A stretch of DNA of 64,000 nt, taken from contig OZ218962.1 of the NCBI GenBank assembly GCA_965112735.1, positions 1,054,001 to 1,118,000 of the forward strand, in the 5' to 3' direction. The notes beneath the pieces are model-generated. The model did no database searches. It saw nothing but the letters and a program-made list of their open reading frames with translations, and was not told the origin of the DNA. Position numbers and translations under genes: made by a program. Shown here piece after piece: positions 53,103 through 64,000 of the stretch; the stretch's first letter is position 1; each line of letters begins with the position of its first letter. Source of the stretch: Phaeosaccion multiseriatum. Lineage: Eukaryota; Protista; Ochrophyta, other classes.

Positions 53103-53431
53103 GTGGGTGAGGGGGTTAGTTGGCTGGTTGGTTGGTTGGTGGGTGGGTTGGTTGGTTGGTGGGTGGGTTTGTTGGTTGGTTGGTTGGTTGGTTGTTAATG
53201 AGGAGCAAAAGCATGACTTGCGGCACCTGCACTGCGCTGCCGTTGTGGTGATGGCAGTGGATGGAGTTATTAGGGAAAGGCAGTGGAATGGGGGGCTGGG
53301 TAGCTGCAAGGCAGGGAATGGTTGTCTCCTACCCACATGTTTGTTTCCTACCAATCTCACACTCATACTCACCCTCGCACTCGCACCACTCACTCCTCGT
53401 CCTCCCACTCTCTCTCTCTATATATATATAT

Positions 53432-53492
<61 letters not shown>

Positions 53493-53759
53493 GTGTCGAA
53501 GATGCCTTCGGCCATTTCACGCGCATGCTGCGGCCCGAGGAAGTGCGTGGACAATGGAGAGTCGATAGTGTGCTCGAGAACCCGAAACCTAGGTGTGTGC
53601 ATGAGGAAGGGGAGGGAGAGGGAGAGAGACAAAGGGGCGGAAGGAAGGACCTTTGTTTCCTCGCACCCCTCCTCCTGACTGACGCCGACTCCCGCTGCCT
53701 GCCTCTCGCCGCTCTGCCTTCTCCCGCCGCCCGTTCCCTCTGCTCTTCTTCTTCTTCTC

Positions 53760-53793
<34 letters not shown>

Positions 53794-56700
53794 GCGCTTC
53801 CTTCTTTCTTTCTCCTACTCCCTCTCCCCCCTACCCTCCCTCAATCTCCCTCCCTCTCCCTCTCCCCCCTCCCTGGTCTACAACACGTGGTAGCCCAGGC
53901 TGGTCATCTTGGGAATGGGCTGGGGGGGACACGCCATCACCAAAGTAATCGACGTGGAGAAGTTCGAAGTCGTGATGGTGTCTCCTCGCTCCCACTTCGT
54001 CTTCACCCCCCTCCTGCCCGGCGTGGCCACCGGAGTCGTGCAGCCCAGGAGCATCACCGAGACAATCAAAGAGGTCAGAGATCTCTAGTATATCTTCCGG
54101 CGACTCGTCTTCTTTTATTTGCCCCCCCCCCTCCCCCCCCTCTCTCTCTCCTCCCCTGCTCATCTTCTCTTTTGGCCGCGCTACCACTGATTGACCGTTA
54201 TATGGTGTGCGAAATTGCTTGCCTCTGCTCGATCAGGCCAACCCCCACATTAACTTCCTCAGCGGCAAGGCCACACACATCGATACGGTGGCCAAGACGG
54301 TGACCGTTGAGACGCAGTCCTCCATTGTAGAGAGAAGGTCAGGGGCAGGGGAAAGGGCGGGGGGCAGCCACGTTGTGCACTCTCCTAGGATGACCGACAT
54401 CAAGTATGAATACCTCGTGTACGGGGTTGGGCAAGAGTCCGGAGACTTCGGCATCAAAGGTGAGGAGGAGGAGGAGGAGGAGGAGGAGGAGGAGGAGGAG
54501 GAGGAGGAGGAGGAGGAGGAGAAGGAGAAATCCTACTGCGTGCCATCTGGTGCATCGCCATCATCATCACCTGTCATAATTCACCTCCCATTGACCTCTC
54601 GCCTGTCTGCGGCCATCCCAAATTCCCTCCTCACTCCTTACTCCTCCTGCTCAGGGGTGAAGCAGTACTGCTACCGCCTCAAAGAGGTGAAAGACGCCCT
54701 TGCCCTGCGCAATGCCCTCCTTAAACAGCTCGACGACGCTTCTGACCCGCTCATTGATCAAGAAACACGCACCAAGCTGCTGTCCTTCGTCGTCGTCGGA
54801 GCAGGACCCACGGGCATCGAGTTCACAGGGGAATTGACAGACCTGGTGAGTGAATACCTACGGACTCCTTCCTTTGCGAGGGAGCAGTGAGTACCTAAGG
54901 ACTCATTCTCACTCCTTTGCTCCCTCGAAGGATTCATTAGCGAGGGAGCAGTGAGTACTTAAGCGCTCTCTCGTTCATTCCCTCCCTCCTCTCCCTCCCT
55001 TCCTCCCTCCCTCCTCCCCTCCCCCCCTCCCCCTCTCTCTCTCTCCCTCTCTCCCTCCCTCGCTCCCTCCCTCCCTCCCTCCCTCCCTCCCTCCCTCCCT
55101 CCCTCCCTCCATGTCTCCTTTTGGTCAGCTGCGCAAAGACGTCTCTCGCTACTATCCCGACCTTGTGCAATCGATCAGTCTCAAAGTGGTGAGCGCATCA
55201 AGTACCATCCTCCCGGCCTTCGACGAGACCCTGCAGGAGAAGGGACTTCAGAGCCTCTCAGACCTTGGCGTCGACGTCCTTCTCAACAAGGTGCGCAAGC
55301 ATGTGTCGATGGCGAGGGTAGTGTTCGTGGGTTTTATCTAGTCTGCACTCACTTACTCACTCACTCACTCACTCACACGCACACTTACTCACACGCACTC
55401 ACTCACTTACGCACTCACTCACTCACACAGTCACTCACGCACGCACTCACTCACTCACTCCTCCCGTACGTCCTGACACCCCTCTTGTGAAGTAAAGGTG
55501 GTGACGGAGGTAACGGCCGATCACGTGCTCGTAGCCGACGCAGCCATCCGACAGAACAGGGACGAACAAGAGGCTTTGGTGGAGATGGACAAGTTGGAGT
55601 ACGGTATTGCGTTTTGGGCGGGAGGAGTGGAGGCCAGAGACATCACCAAGACCCTCGTCAACACCATCCCTGGGCAGGCCGATGAGCAGGGCGCTAAGCG
55701 GTGTGTGTTGGGTGGGTGGGGGTGAATGATGATGCGTGTGTTGTGCCTTTTGCCATACTCACATACGCACTCTGTGGCTGCTGAGGTGACTTGTGATATG
55801 TTGAGTGACGTGCTGATGACTGACACTGACTGACTCGCTGACCGCATCACGCTCTTTTATATGAAACGCTTGTGACTCTGACAGAGGCCAACTAACGGTG
55901 GATGCCCACCTCCGAGTGCTGGGCACAGACGGCTCCATGCTGGCACTAGGGGATGCCTCCAGCATCCAAGGCAACCCTCTCCCTTTTACTGGACAAGTCG
56001 CCGCTCAAGAAGGGGCTTACATAGCCCGTCTCCTCAATCGAGGCTACAATCTCACGACTTCGGCACAGCCGGCAGCAGCGACAACAGCAGCAGCAGTTGG
56101 TGGTAGCGCAGAAGAGGTAGAACACCCCACCACGGCACTCGGCGCGACCACCACGACCACCACCACCACCACCACCACCACCACCACCACTGGCAAGGCT
56201 CCACTGTCGCCCCTTCCTCCGCCCGTGGCGCCGTCGCTTCAAAATGATGCTTTCTCTCTGTGGGCCCTCACCGACTTTTTCCGACTCAGGTACTGTACTG
56301 TACCGACCCGAAGAAGAGGGGCTTACCTAGGCAGGGGGAGGGCTTCAGTTTCAGTTCGTTATACCAAGAGCAAGATGGATCAAAGGGAAGGAAAAGAGAG
56401 ATGTAAATCCTGTCTGTTTCACTCTCTCTCTCCTCTCCCCTGTCTGTATAACTCTCTCTCTGCTCTCTTTCTCACGCTCTCCTCTCACCCTCTCATGCTC
56501 ACTGTCTCCATCTCTCCCCGTCTGTCTCTCTCTCCCTTCTCCCCCTATCTCCCTCCCCGTCTCCCTCTCTACCTCCCCACCCCCTCCCTCTCTCCCACCC
56601 CTCAGAGGTGACATGAGGGCTCGGCAGTTTCATTTCATTGACTTAGGAATCCTCGCCTTCATTGGTGGAGGGCAGGGCCTCGCCAGCATCAAGGCGGGTA

Positions 56701-57274
56701 AAGAATCTCGACTGCTTGACGCCGCCGGGGCAATTGGCTTCTTGCTTTGGCGATCCACATACGTTGTCAAGCAGGTGGGTGGGTAGTAAGTCAATGGGTG
56801 GGTCGGTAGTCAGAGGGTGGGTAGGTGGATGGGTGGGTCGGGTGGTGGGTGGGTTAGTGGGATAGTGTGTGCGTTGGGGGGGGGGGGTGCATTGGCCTGA
56901 GTCTCTGCTCTCTCTCCCTCTCTCTCTCCGTCTCTTTCCCTACTGTCTCTCTATCTTACCCTCTCTCTCCCTCGCTCTCCCTACTCTCTCCATCTCTCTC
57001 CCTCTCCCTCGTTCCCTACTGCCTCTGTCTCTCTCTCCCTCTATCTCTCCATCTCTCTCCCTCTCTCTCTCGTCTCCGTCTCTCTCTCCTGTCTCTCTCT
57101 CTATCTTACCCTACTCTCTTTCCCTCTCATCTCTTTCTCTCCATCTCTTTCTCTCCCTCCCTTTCTCTCCCTCTCTTTTCACAGGTGTCCACCAGCAACC
57201 GCTTCAGTGTGACCGTTGACTGGCTCAAAACTCAGATCTTCGGAAGGGACTTCAGCCGCTTTGATGGGGAATGA
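52662..57274 (+). CDS. Type II (alternative) NAD(P)H dehydrogenase, probably plastid-targeted; ~10 exons
   Basis: LVILGMGWGG, VSPRSHFVFTPLL, YEYLVYGVG, FVVVGAGPTGIEFTGEL, ALGDAS, TGQVAAQEGAY, LLWRSTY, NRFSVTVDWLKTQIFGRD. Signal MRSDILSYFLLLPSCLG-F. Confidence 0.93.
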
Positions 57275-58080
57275 AGGAGACCCCCTGGTCCCCCGCCGCC
57301 TCCCCCTCCCACTTGTCCTCCCTTCCCTCCTCCCTCCCTCCCTCCTTCCCTCGGCGGGCTGGGGATGGAGTGTTTCTCTGTGGTGTGAGAGTTGTGGAAG
57401 AGGGGGCTAGTTGCTTAGTGAGCCCGTGGGTGCAGCTATACCCCAGGGGGGTAGTTGCTTAGTGAGCCCGTGGATGCAGCTATAGTCCGAAAGCCTGCTT
57501 TGGATGCACTTCTAGTCAGATAGCATGTGGACATGGCTCGAGTCAGTCAGCCGAGATTTAGCTAGTGGCCTGTAGAAACCTCTATTAGACAGTTAAGCTA
57601 GTTAGCGACTTAGCGGTGGATGGAGGGGAGCGGGTAGGTAAGCGGCTCGGTGAGCGGCTGACTTGGCGAGGGAGAGAGATGGGAAGGAGGAGAGAGCTGC
57701 GGTATTCGCAGTCAAGCAATAAGCAATGTTATATAAGGTGGGCCATGGGAAGCCACCACAGGAGGAGGGGAGCACTTGGCAATCAGTATAAATAGTCTGT
57801 ACTTATTGTAGAATCGATGGCAGTTGATGCCATAGGCTAGTCTGTACTATATTTAGAATCGATGGCAGTGGATGATGCACTGGTTGAGGAGCTTCTCTTT
57901 TGAGTTGTGGGAAGTATCGAGGCTTCTCAATGAACGGCGGGGGACATAAGAGGAGCACAGCGAGGAGACAGAGGGGTGGCTGGGGGACGCAGCTGTGCCT
58001 GGATTGTCCCGATGGCCTTCTCCACGGATGGATGTGCCCCACACTGTATCATACTCCTCATGCATGTCAGTTGTGAATCG

Positions 58081-58520
58081 TTATACGAGAAACCGTAAGT
58101 AATCCTTCGAAACGGCACAGCCGCACCCAGCAGCGGCGAACACTGTCTATCAGTGAGGAGACAAGGGGATCAGTTCTTCTCATCAGCTCCTCTCCTTTTC
58201 CTTTCCGCATCCTTCCCTCTCCCCCCCCCCCCCTTCTGTCCTCTTTTCTTCGCCCTACCTGCTCGCTCTTCGCTATACTTACGGCTGGAGTATTTGCTTC
58301 CTTCAGAAAACAGGACAAGATGGTTTAATACTTCACTCACAATTTTCTTTTCCATTATACCGTTCGCTTTATCTGTTGAACAAGCTCTCCCCACTCTCAG
58401 ACTCTTCTTTATTCCTTGCTTGTTCAACCAAGCTCTGACCGCCGCTGCGCTCACTCCGCCACAACGAAGTCTCCCCTCTTTCCGCCCCCCCCCCCATTTA
58501 GAAACTCGAGCCTCCATCAT
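58081..58520 (-). CDS. Possible small hypothetical protein (2 exons)
   Basis: The 58170-58520 ORF has a GTAAG donor near 58281, and a CAG acceptor near 58143 restores the frame to a stop at 58081. No recognisable family. Confidence 0.25.
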
Positions 58521-59018
58521 GCCTGTTCTCCAGCCGCCCCCCTCTGAGTGGCCCTCTTCTCTGTCTCTCTCCCTCCCTCTCTTGTCCTCTCCTTCCTACC
58601 CAAGCATGCGCTCTCGCGCTTCTACTGCTGTATCACCAACTGCTGCTGCTGCTGTATCACCAACCGTGTGGCTCTGTCGCCAAGCAGCCCTCCATGCCCT
58701 CTCTACAGAATCATGCGTTCGTTCCCGTCTGGGCGGAGTTAGACGATATGGAGGAGAGTGAAGCACACGCTCGCCCTTCCATACGGTGGTCAGTCTCTCC
58801 TCTCAAGAGCCGGTCGATCGGTTGGTTGTCCGCCGCTCCGTCAGTCAGTCCGTCCGTCGGGTGGTCGGATGGTCGTTAAATCGGTCAGTCGGTCACTCCC
58901 TTCGCGTAGCTAGAGAGACCAGCTCCCTCCCTCCATTCCTCCCTTCCTCCCTCCAACCCTCCCTCCCACCCACTCCCCCTACCAGCGCACGCACGCACGC
59001 ACGCACGGCCACACCTCC

Positions 59019-62000
59019 TCAGCAGCCCCCAGACGATGCCGCTGCCGAAGCCGCAGCCGCATTGAGCATGGTGTCGTTTGCAGCCAGGCAAGTATGCAAG
59101 AACTCGTTAAAGTGCAACCCCACCTCATCATGGCCGCCTCCTTTGCCACTCCCACCCGAGCCTCCCGCCATCATGCTTGGAGGCAGACTGTCGAGGCAGT
59201 CCCTCTTGGCCACTTGTCGGTGGAAACCTCCGTTCTTCGGTCGGTGCCGGTGTGCGGCCACGAGGGTTCTAACGTCGGCGGCGTCGACCGCGACTCCATG
59301 CTTGGCGCACACATCTGAGAAGGCCTTGGCGGACACCACCCCTCTGCGATAGGGGCTCTCGAGCTGCTTGAGCTCGTTCTTGAGTGGCTTGAGGACGCGA
59401 AGCACATCCGACTTCATCAGGCGGTGGATCTCCTGGGTCTTGGGCAATTCCACGGCGGGTCCCAGCGCGGCACCCGCTGCCGCATACCCGGACTCGGAGC
59501 CCCGGTTGTTGTTATTGTTATTGTTGTTGTTGTTGTTGCGGCTGCCTCTCTGCTGATGGAGGTTCGGCTGGCTCTGAGACGCAGCCAGCCCAGCGGCTCC
59601 ACCTGCCGTAGCCAGCAGCTGCTCCAGACGGCGGCTATACCCTACCTGCTGCTGCTGCGTCCTCTCTTGCAGCTGTGGGGTGCTCGCGGACGAGCTCAGC
59701 GGTCGAGTCCTCTTGACCGCGCCTACGCCATCTGTGACACTGTTGCTATTGCGCCCGCCGCCGGAGAGCTTGCCCGTGCTCGTGGAGGGTCGAACCCGCA
59801 TCTTGGCCCGCAACTTGTCATAGCTCCCCATCGCTGCTGCGCCATTGGAGGTGGCGGGGGATCCACCACCATCGCTGGCGACATCCGAAGCACCGACACC
59901 ACCACCACCACTGGCAGTAGCAGATGCTCCGGCGGCGGGGCCTGCCCCGGTGGGGATGGGTAGCTTCCCAATGCAGTTCTTGAGGAAGACGGTGTAGCAA
60001 ATCAGCGAGCCACCCTTGCGCTCGCACTTGTACTCACGCACCAAATCCATCACCCGATCCGCCGTCAAGCCGGCCGCGCGGTAGCTGTGTACCACCACCG
60101 CGATGAAGTATGCTGGCGGCACCACCCCCATACGACGCGTGTCCTTCTCCTGAAAGGCCTTGAGCATCCGCTGCCATCTGACGTAGAGGTTGCCCCGCAT
60201 CGTTCCTGTGCGACTCACCATGCCGGCCTTGTCGGGGATACACAGTCCATTCTTGTGCAGGTCCGCGCTGCTGGCGGTCTTGGGCCTCTCCCGGGACCCA
60301 ACTCCACCCCCCCCACTATTGAGCCGCGAGGCTGCTATCGCCTCTGCCTCTCTGGCCTCCTTCTCCTCCTGCATCTTTCTCCTGGCCTCCTCGCCTCTCT
60401 TGACCTCGTCGAGTCGATAGAACTTCACGAACTCCTTCATGTGCCAGGGGTTGGCTTTGCGCACTCCGAGACTCACGGTGCCTGTCGAGCCTCCGTACCT
60501 GTGAGCGCCGGTTGTCAGGGGTTCGGTTTCGGTTTCGGTTTCGGTTTGAGTTTGAGTTTGAGTTTCCGGTTTCCGTTTTCCGATTCAGTTTCAGTTTCAG
60601 CCCACGGCTGAGGGATGATTTCTTACAAGTCAATAACATGAGAAGGGGGTTTACCGTACACCCAACACACTAATGAGATGATGATTATCGAATATATAGA
60701 CAAGGACAGTGCCGGCTCTACCCCACTTGCTTTCTATACGTCTTCCAACAGGTCGTTATCGAGACTAGAGATCGTACCTTTCCAGGAGCCCTTCGGCGAT
60801 TCGGTCGTCCACCCCGGGGAAGCTATAGAGCAGGAGCGCACCCTTGAGATCGTAAGAGGTGATGACGCCGGAGCTTGCCGAGTCTATGGAGACGAAGGCG
60901 TGCTCGGCCTGTTGGTTGTTCGAGGGGGAGGGAGGGAGGGACGGAGGGTTGGGGAGGAAGGGAGGGGAGGGGAAGGGGAAGGGGAACGCGCTGAGGCCTA
61001 GGCTGAGAAACAGACAGAAAGAGAGACAGACAGAACGTCAGATACATAGACCGACCGACAGGCAGCTGGGCAGGCAGGAAGGCAGGCAGGAAAGCAGGCA
61101 GGCGACCGAGGGCGAGGTCAATACACACAAACACACATACACACGCACCTTGCTACCGAACTTCGCCGCCAGAGCCTTCTGCAGAAAGTTCTCCGCGCGG
61201 CTCACATCCTGGCGAGTGCGTTCATCCAATATGCGTACTTCCTCTGCGGTCAACGGTGCGGGCGGCTTCTCGTTCTCCACCACCAGTTCGACAAACTCCT
61301 GGAAGGAGATTTGGCCCTTCCCCTTGCGGTCGTACAAGAGAAAGAGGTCCTCGCATTGAGAATCGGCCACGTGGAGACCGAAGGAGGCAACCGCGTCGCG
61401 GAAGTCGAGGTAGGTAATGACGCTCTGAAGTGGGGAGGGAGGGAGGGAGGGAGGGAGGGAGGGAGGGAGGGAGGGAGGGAGGGAGGGAGGGAGGGAGGGA
61501 GGGAGGTGTCAGGATCTTGGCCATTGCCATAGACAGGGCCGATGGGTGGCTCCCAGGCGGAGAGGGTGAAGTACGAGAGGGGGGAAATGCTAATCTTGCT
61601 CATCTGTAGCCGAATATCTCAAACAACCACCACCAGTTGGTGATACACCACCACCACTACCACCGGCACCACGGGCAGCAGCAGCAGCAGCAGCAGCACA
61701 GCGAAATGTCCTACTTGGCTTCGCTCGCTTACCGCGTTCTTCCTCGTGATTCTTCGGAAGGCGCGCAGCAGCTCGTGCGGGCCCGACGTGATGGACCCTG
61801 CGATTTTTGCGCGCAGCGTCTAGGGTAGCCAGAGACAAGAGACAGAGACAAAGAGAAAGAGAGAGGGAGATAGAGATAGAGATAGAGAGATAGGGGGATG
61901 GAGAGAGATAGAGAGAGAGGGAGAGAAGATAACAAGGAGAAAGGTTGATGTCAAGCACGGCAGACTACGTGTCAAGCACAAGGGGAGAGCCAAGAGGAGT

Positions 62001-64000
62001 CATACTGAGTGAAGGGGTGGGGATGACTGCGAAACTGCAGCTCCCGCTCGCAGCCCTCTGCAACTCATCTCACACACACTGACAAACACACACACTCTCT
62101 CTCTCTCTCACGCATGCACACACACACCCATGCACACACACACTCTCTCTCATACGCATCCACACACACAGACACACTGCCAAACACATACACACTCTCC
62201 CTCACACACGCACACGCACACACACACACACCCATACACCCGTATACCTGATGCAGAGTCATGACGCTGGAGGTGCTGGGGTTTGGAGGACGGTTGGCGT
62301 TGGCGGAGTGGAGACGATCAGCTCGCTCCTTGGCAGCCGCCATGTTGAGAGCGTGACTATCACCCGTTAGCTGTGTAGGCAGGGGGGGAGGGGGAGGGAG
62401 GGAGGGAGGGAGGGAGGGAGAGGATGGTGCAAACAAGTACCTGATGCGTGAGGGGAGTACCTCTGTCGCGCGAAACGAAACACAAGCAGTGAAGGGGGGG
62501 TTGGAGGCTTCCTCCTTCCTCTCGCCCGCCTGCTTCTCCTCCTCCTCCTCCTCCTCCTCCTCCTCCTCCTCCTCCTCCTCCTCCTCCTCCTCCTCCTCAT
62601 TCTCCCCCTTATCCCCCTCCCCCTCCTCCATGCTCAACCTACGCACCTCCAGCGTGGTGCCCCCCTTGCCGCCGAGGAGCCACTGCCTAAACTCCGCAAA
62701 GTCCACCATTCCACTCTCGTCCTTGTCGAGGCGTTTGAACATCTCCTTCGCCTCCGACTCGGACAGTCCGGTCAGCCCAATCCCTGTGGACAGGTGCATG
62801 GGTAGGTAGGTAGGTAGGTAGGTAGGTAGGTAGGTAGGTAGGTAGGTAGGTAGGTAGGTAGGTAGGTAGGTAGGTAGGTAGGTAGGTAGGTGGGTAGGTA
62901 GGTAGGTAAGTGGGTAGGTCGGTAGGTAGGTAGGTAGGTAGGTAGGTAGGTAGGTAGGTAGGTAGGTAGGTAGGTAGGTAGGTAGGTAGGTAGGTAGGTA
63001 GGTAGGTAGGTAGGTAGGTAGGTAGGTAGGTAGGTAGGTAGGTAGGTAGGTAGGTAGGTAGGTAGGTAGGTAGGTAGTTAGTTAGGTGGGTAGGTAGGTA
63101 GGTAGGTAAGTAGGTAGGTTGGTGGGTAAGTAGGTAGGTTGGTGGGTAGGTAGGTAGGTAGGTAGGTAGGTAGGTAGGAAGGTAGGTAGGTAGGTAGGTA
63201 GGTAGGCAAAAGGGTGGGTAGGTAGACATATGGGGGTACGAGTATGTTAATGAGAGGCACACGCACATGGGCTAGGTAGGCACATAGGCATGGGTATGGG
63301 GTGTAAGCAGGCGTAAAGGTATGGGGGTAGACAGAGGCATACGGGTATGGGGGTAGGCAGAGCCATAAGGGTATGGGGGTAGGCAGAGGCATACGGGTAT
63401 GGGGGTAGGCAGAGGGGTACGGGTAGGCAGAGGCATACGGGTATGGGGGTAGGCAGAGGCGTACGGGTATGGGGGTAGGCAGAGGCATACGGGTATGGGG
63501 GTAGGCAGAGCCATACGGGTATGGGGGGTAGGCAGAGGCATACGGGTATGGGGGGTAGGCAGAGGCATACGGGTTTGGGGGTAGGCAGAGGCGTACGGGC
63601 ATGGCCAGACCAGGTATGAACCAAATCCCTCACCCTAACCCCATAGCCTAACCCACCTTTGAGGCTCTGAAAGAAGTTCTCTCTGGACAAGAGGAGTGAC
63701 TTGGCCTTCTCCGAGTTGCCCGACACAAAGTTGCGATACGCCCTCAGGGACTCCATCGGGCCCCCGTCAATCTTGCACAAGATCCGCTGGCGGAGCTCGT
63801 CATTGTCGAGGGTGAGGGAGGCGTCGCGGATGTTGGACAGCTTCTCCACGCGGTCTTGTGCAGCCTTGATCTTGTCGAGTTGGAGGTTCTTGCCAAGTGT
63901 GAGTCCGGTGCGCATCTTGGCGGGTTCCTCTTCCGCTTCGGCGAGCTTCTCCGCGTTGAGTGCCTCGTCCGCCTTGGCCACGAGCCACGCTCTGAACTCG
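59019..64000 (-). CDS. Multi-EF-hand protein (EFCAB6-like), 5'-truncated by the window end
   Basis: EF-hands [18 protein letters not shown] and [15 protein letters not shown], plus degenerate [14 protein letters not shown], across GT-AG exons. Confidence 0.8.
62800..63600. repeat. (GGTA)n microsatellite followed by a ~26-bp minisatellite (GGGGTAGGCAGAGGCATACGGGTATG), intronic
   Basis: Direct observation. Confidence 0.95.

Noticed and set aside
41962-63600. Minisatellites and the 13-bp motif as CRISPR-like arrays
   Set aside because: No unique spacers of constant length, no cas genes, and a eukaryotic context.
63630-63652. CCCTAACCC telomere-like sequence
   Set aside because: Only one or two units, inside an intron.
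6228-63988. Hundreds of ORFs such as VCVC, THTH, PSLP, LSVC, YLPT and poly-E/G/P/L
   Set aside because: They are translations of microsatellites or antisense shadows of GC-rich exons.

Overview
Eukaryotic genomic DNA, most likely from an ochrophyte (stramenopile) alga: spliceosomal introns full of microsatellites, and several proteins with bipartite 'signal peptide + F' plastid presequences. I can support about 13 protein-coding genes. In order: the 3' part of a nearly intronless type I PKS; a DUF2358-SOUL protein; a half-fimbrin; a Methyltransf_16 methyltransferase; plastid argC; an LRR protein; a hypothetical protein; a stand-alone SOQ1/NHLRC2 C-terminal-domain protein; NHP2; a FAAP100-like protein; a multi-KH protein; a type II NAD(P)H dehydrogenase; and a 5'-truncated EF-hand protein. 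Five of these form tight head-to-head pairs. Three observations stand out. (1) The PKS ends ER-KR-ACP, then a three-repeat membrane domain of the epsilon-poly-L-lysine synthetase (Pls) type, then a thioester reductase. (2) A 13-bp motif, GTTGGTGATACAG, occurs 11 times exactly with many variants, mostly inside CAG runs, on both strands, and is translated in several frames. (3) Introns are polarised (G-rich 5' half, C-rich 3' half, often complementary repeats). Smaller points include a 4-nt microexon and intronic echoes of downstream exons. All family calls come from motif recognition by eye, with no database search.
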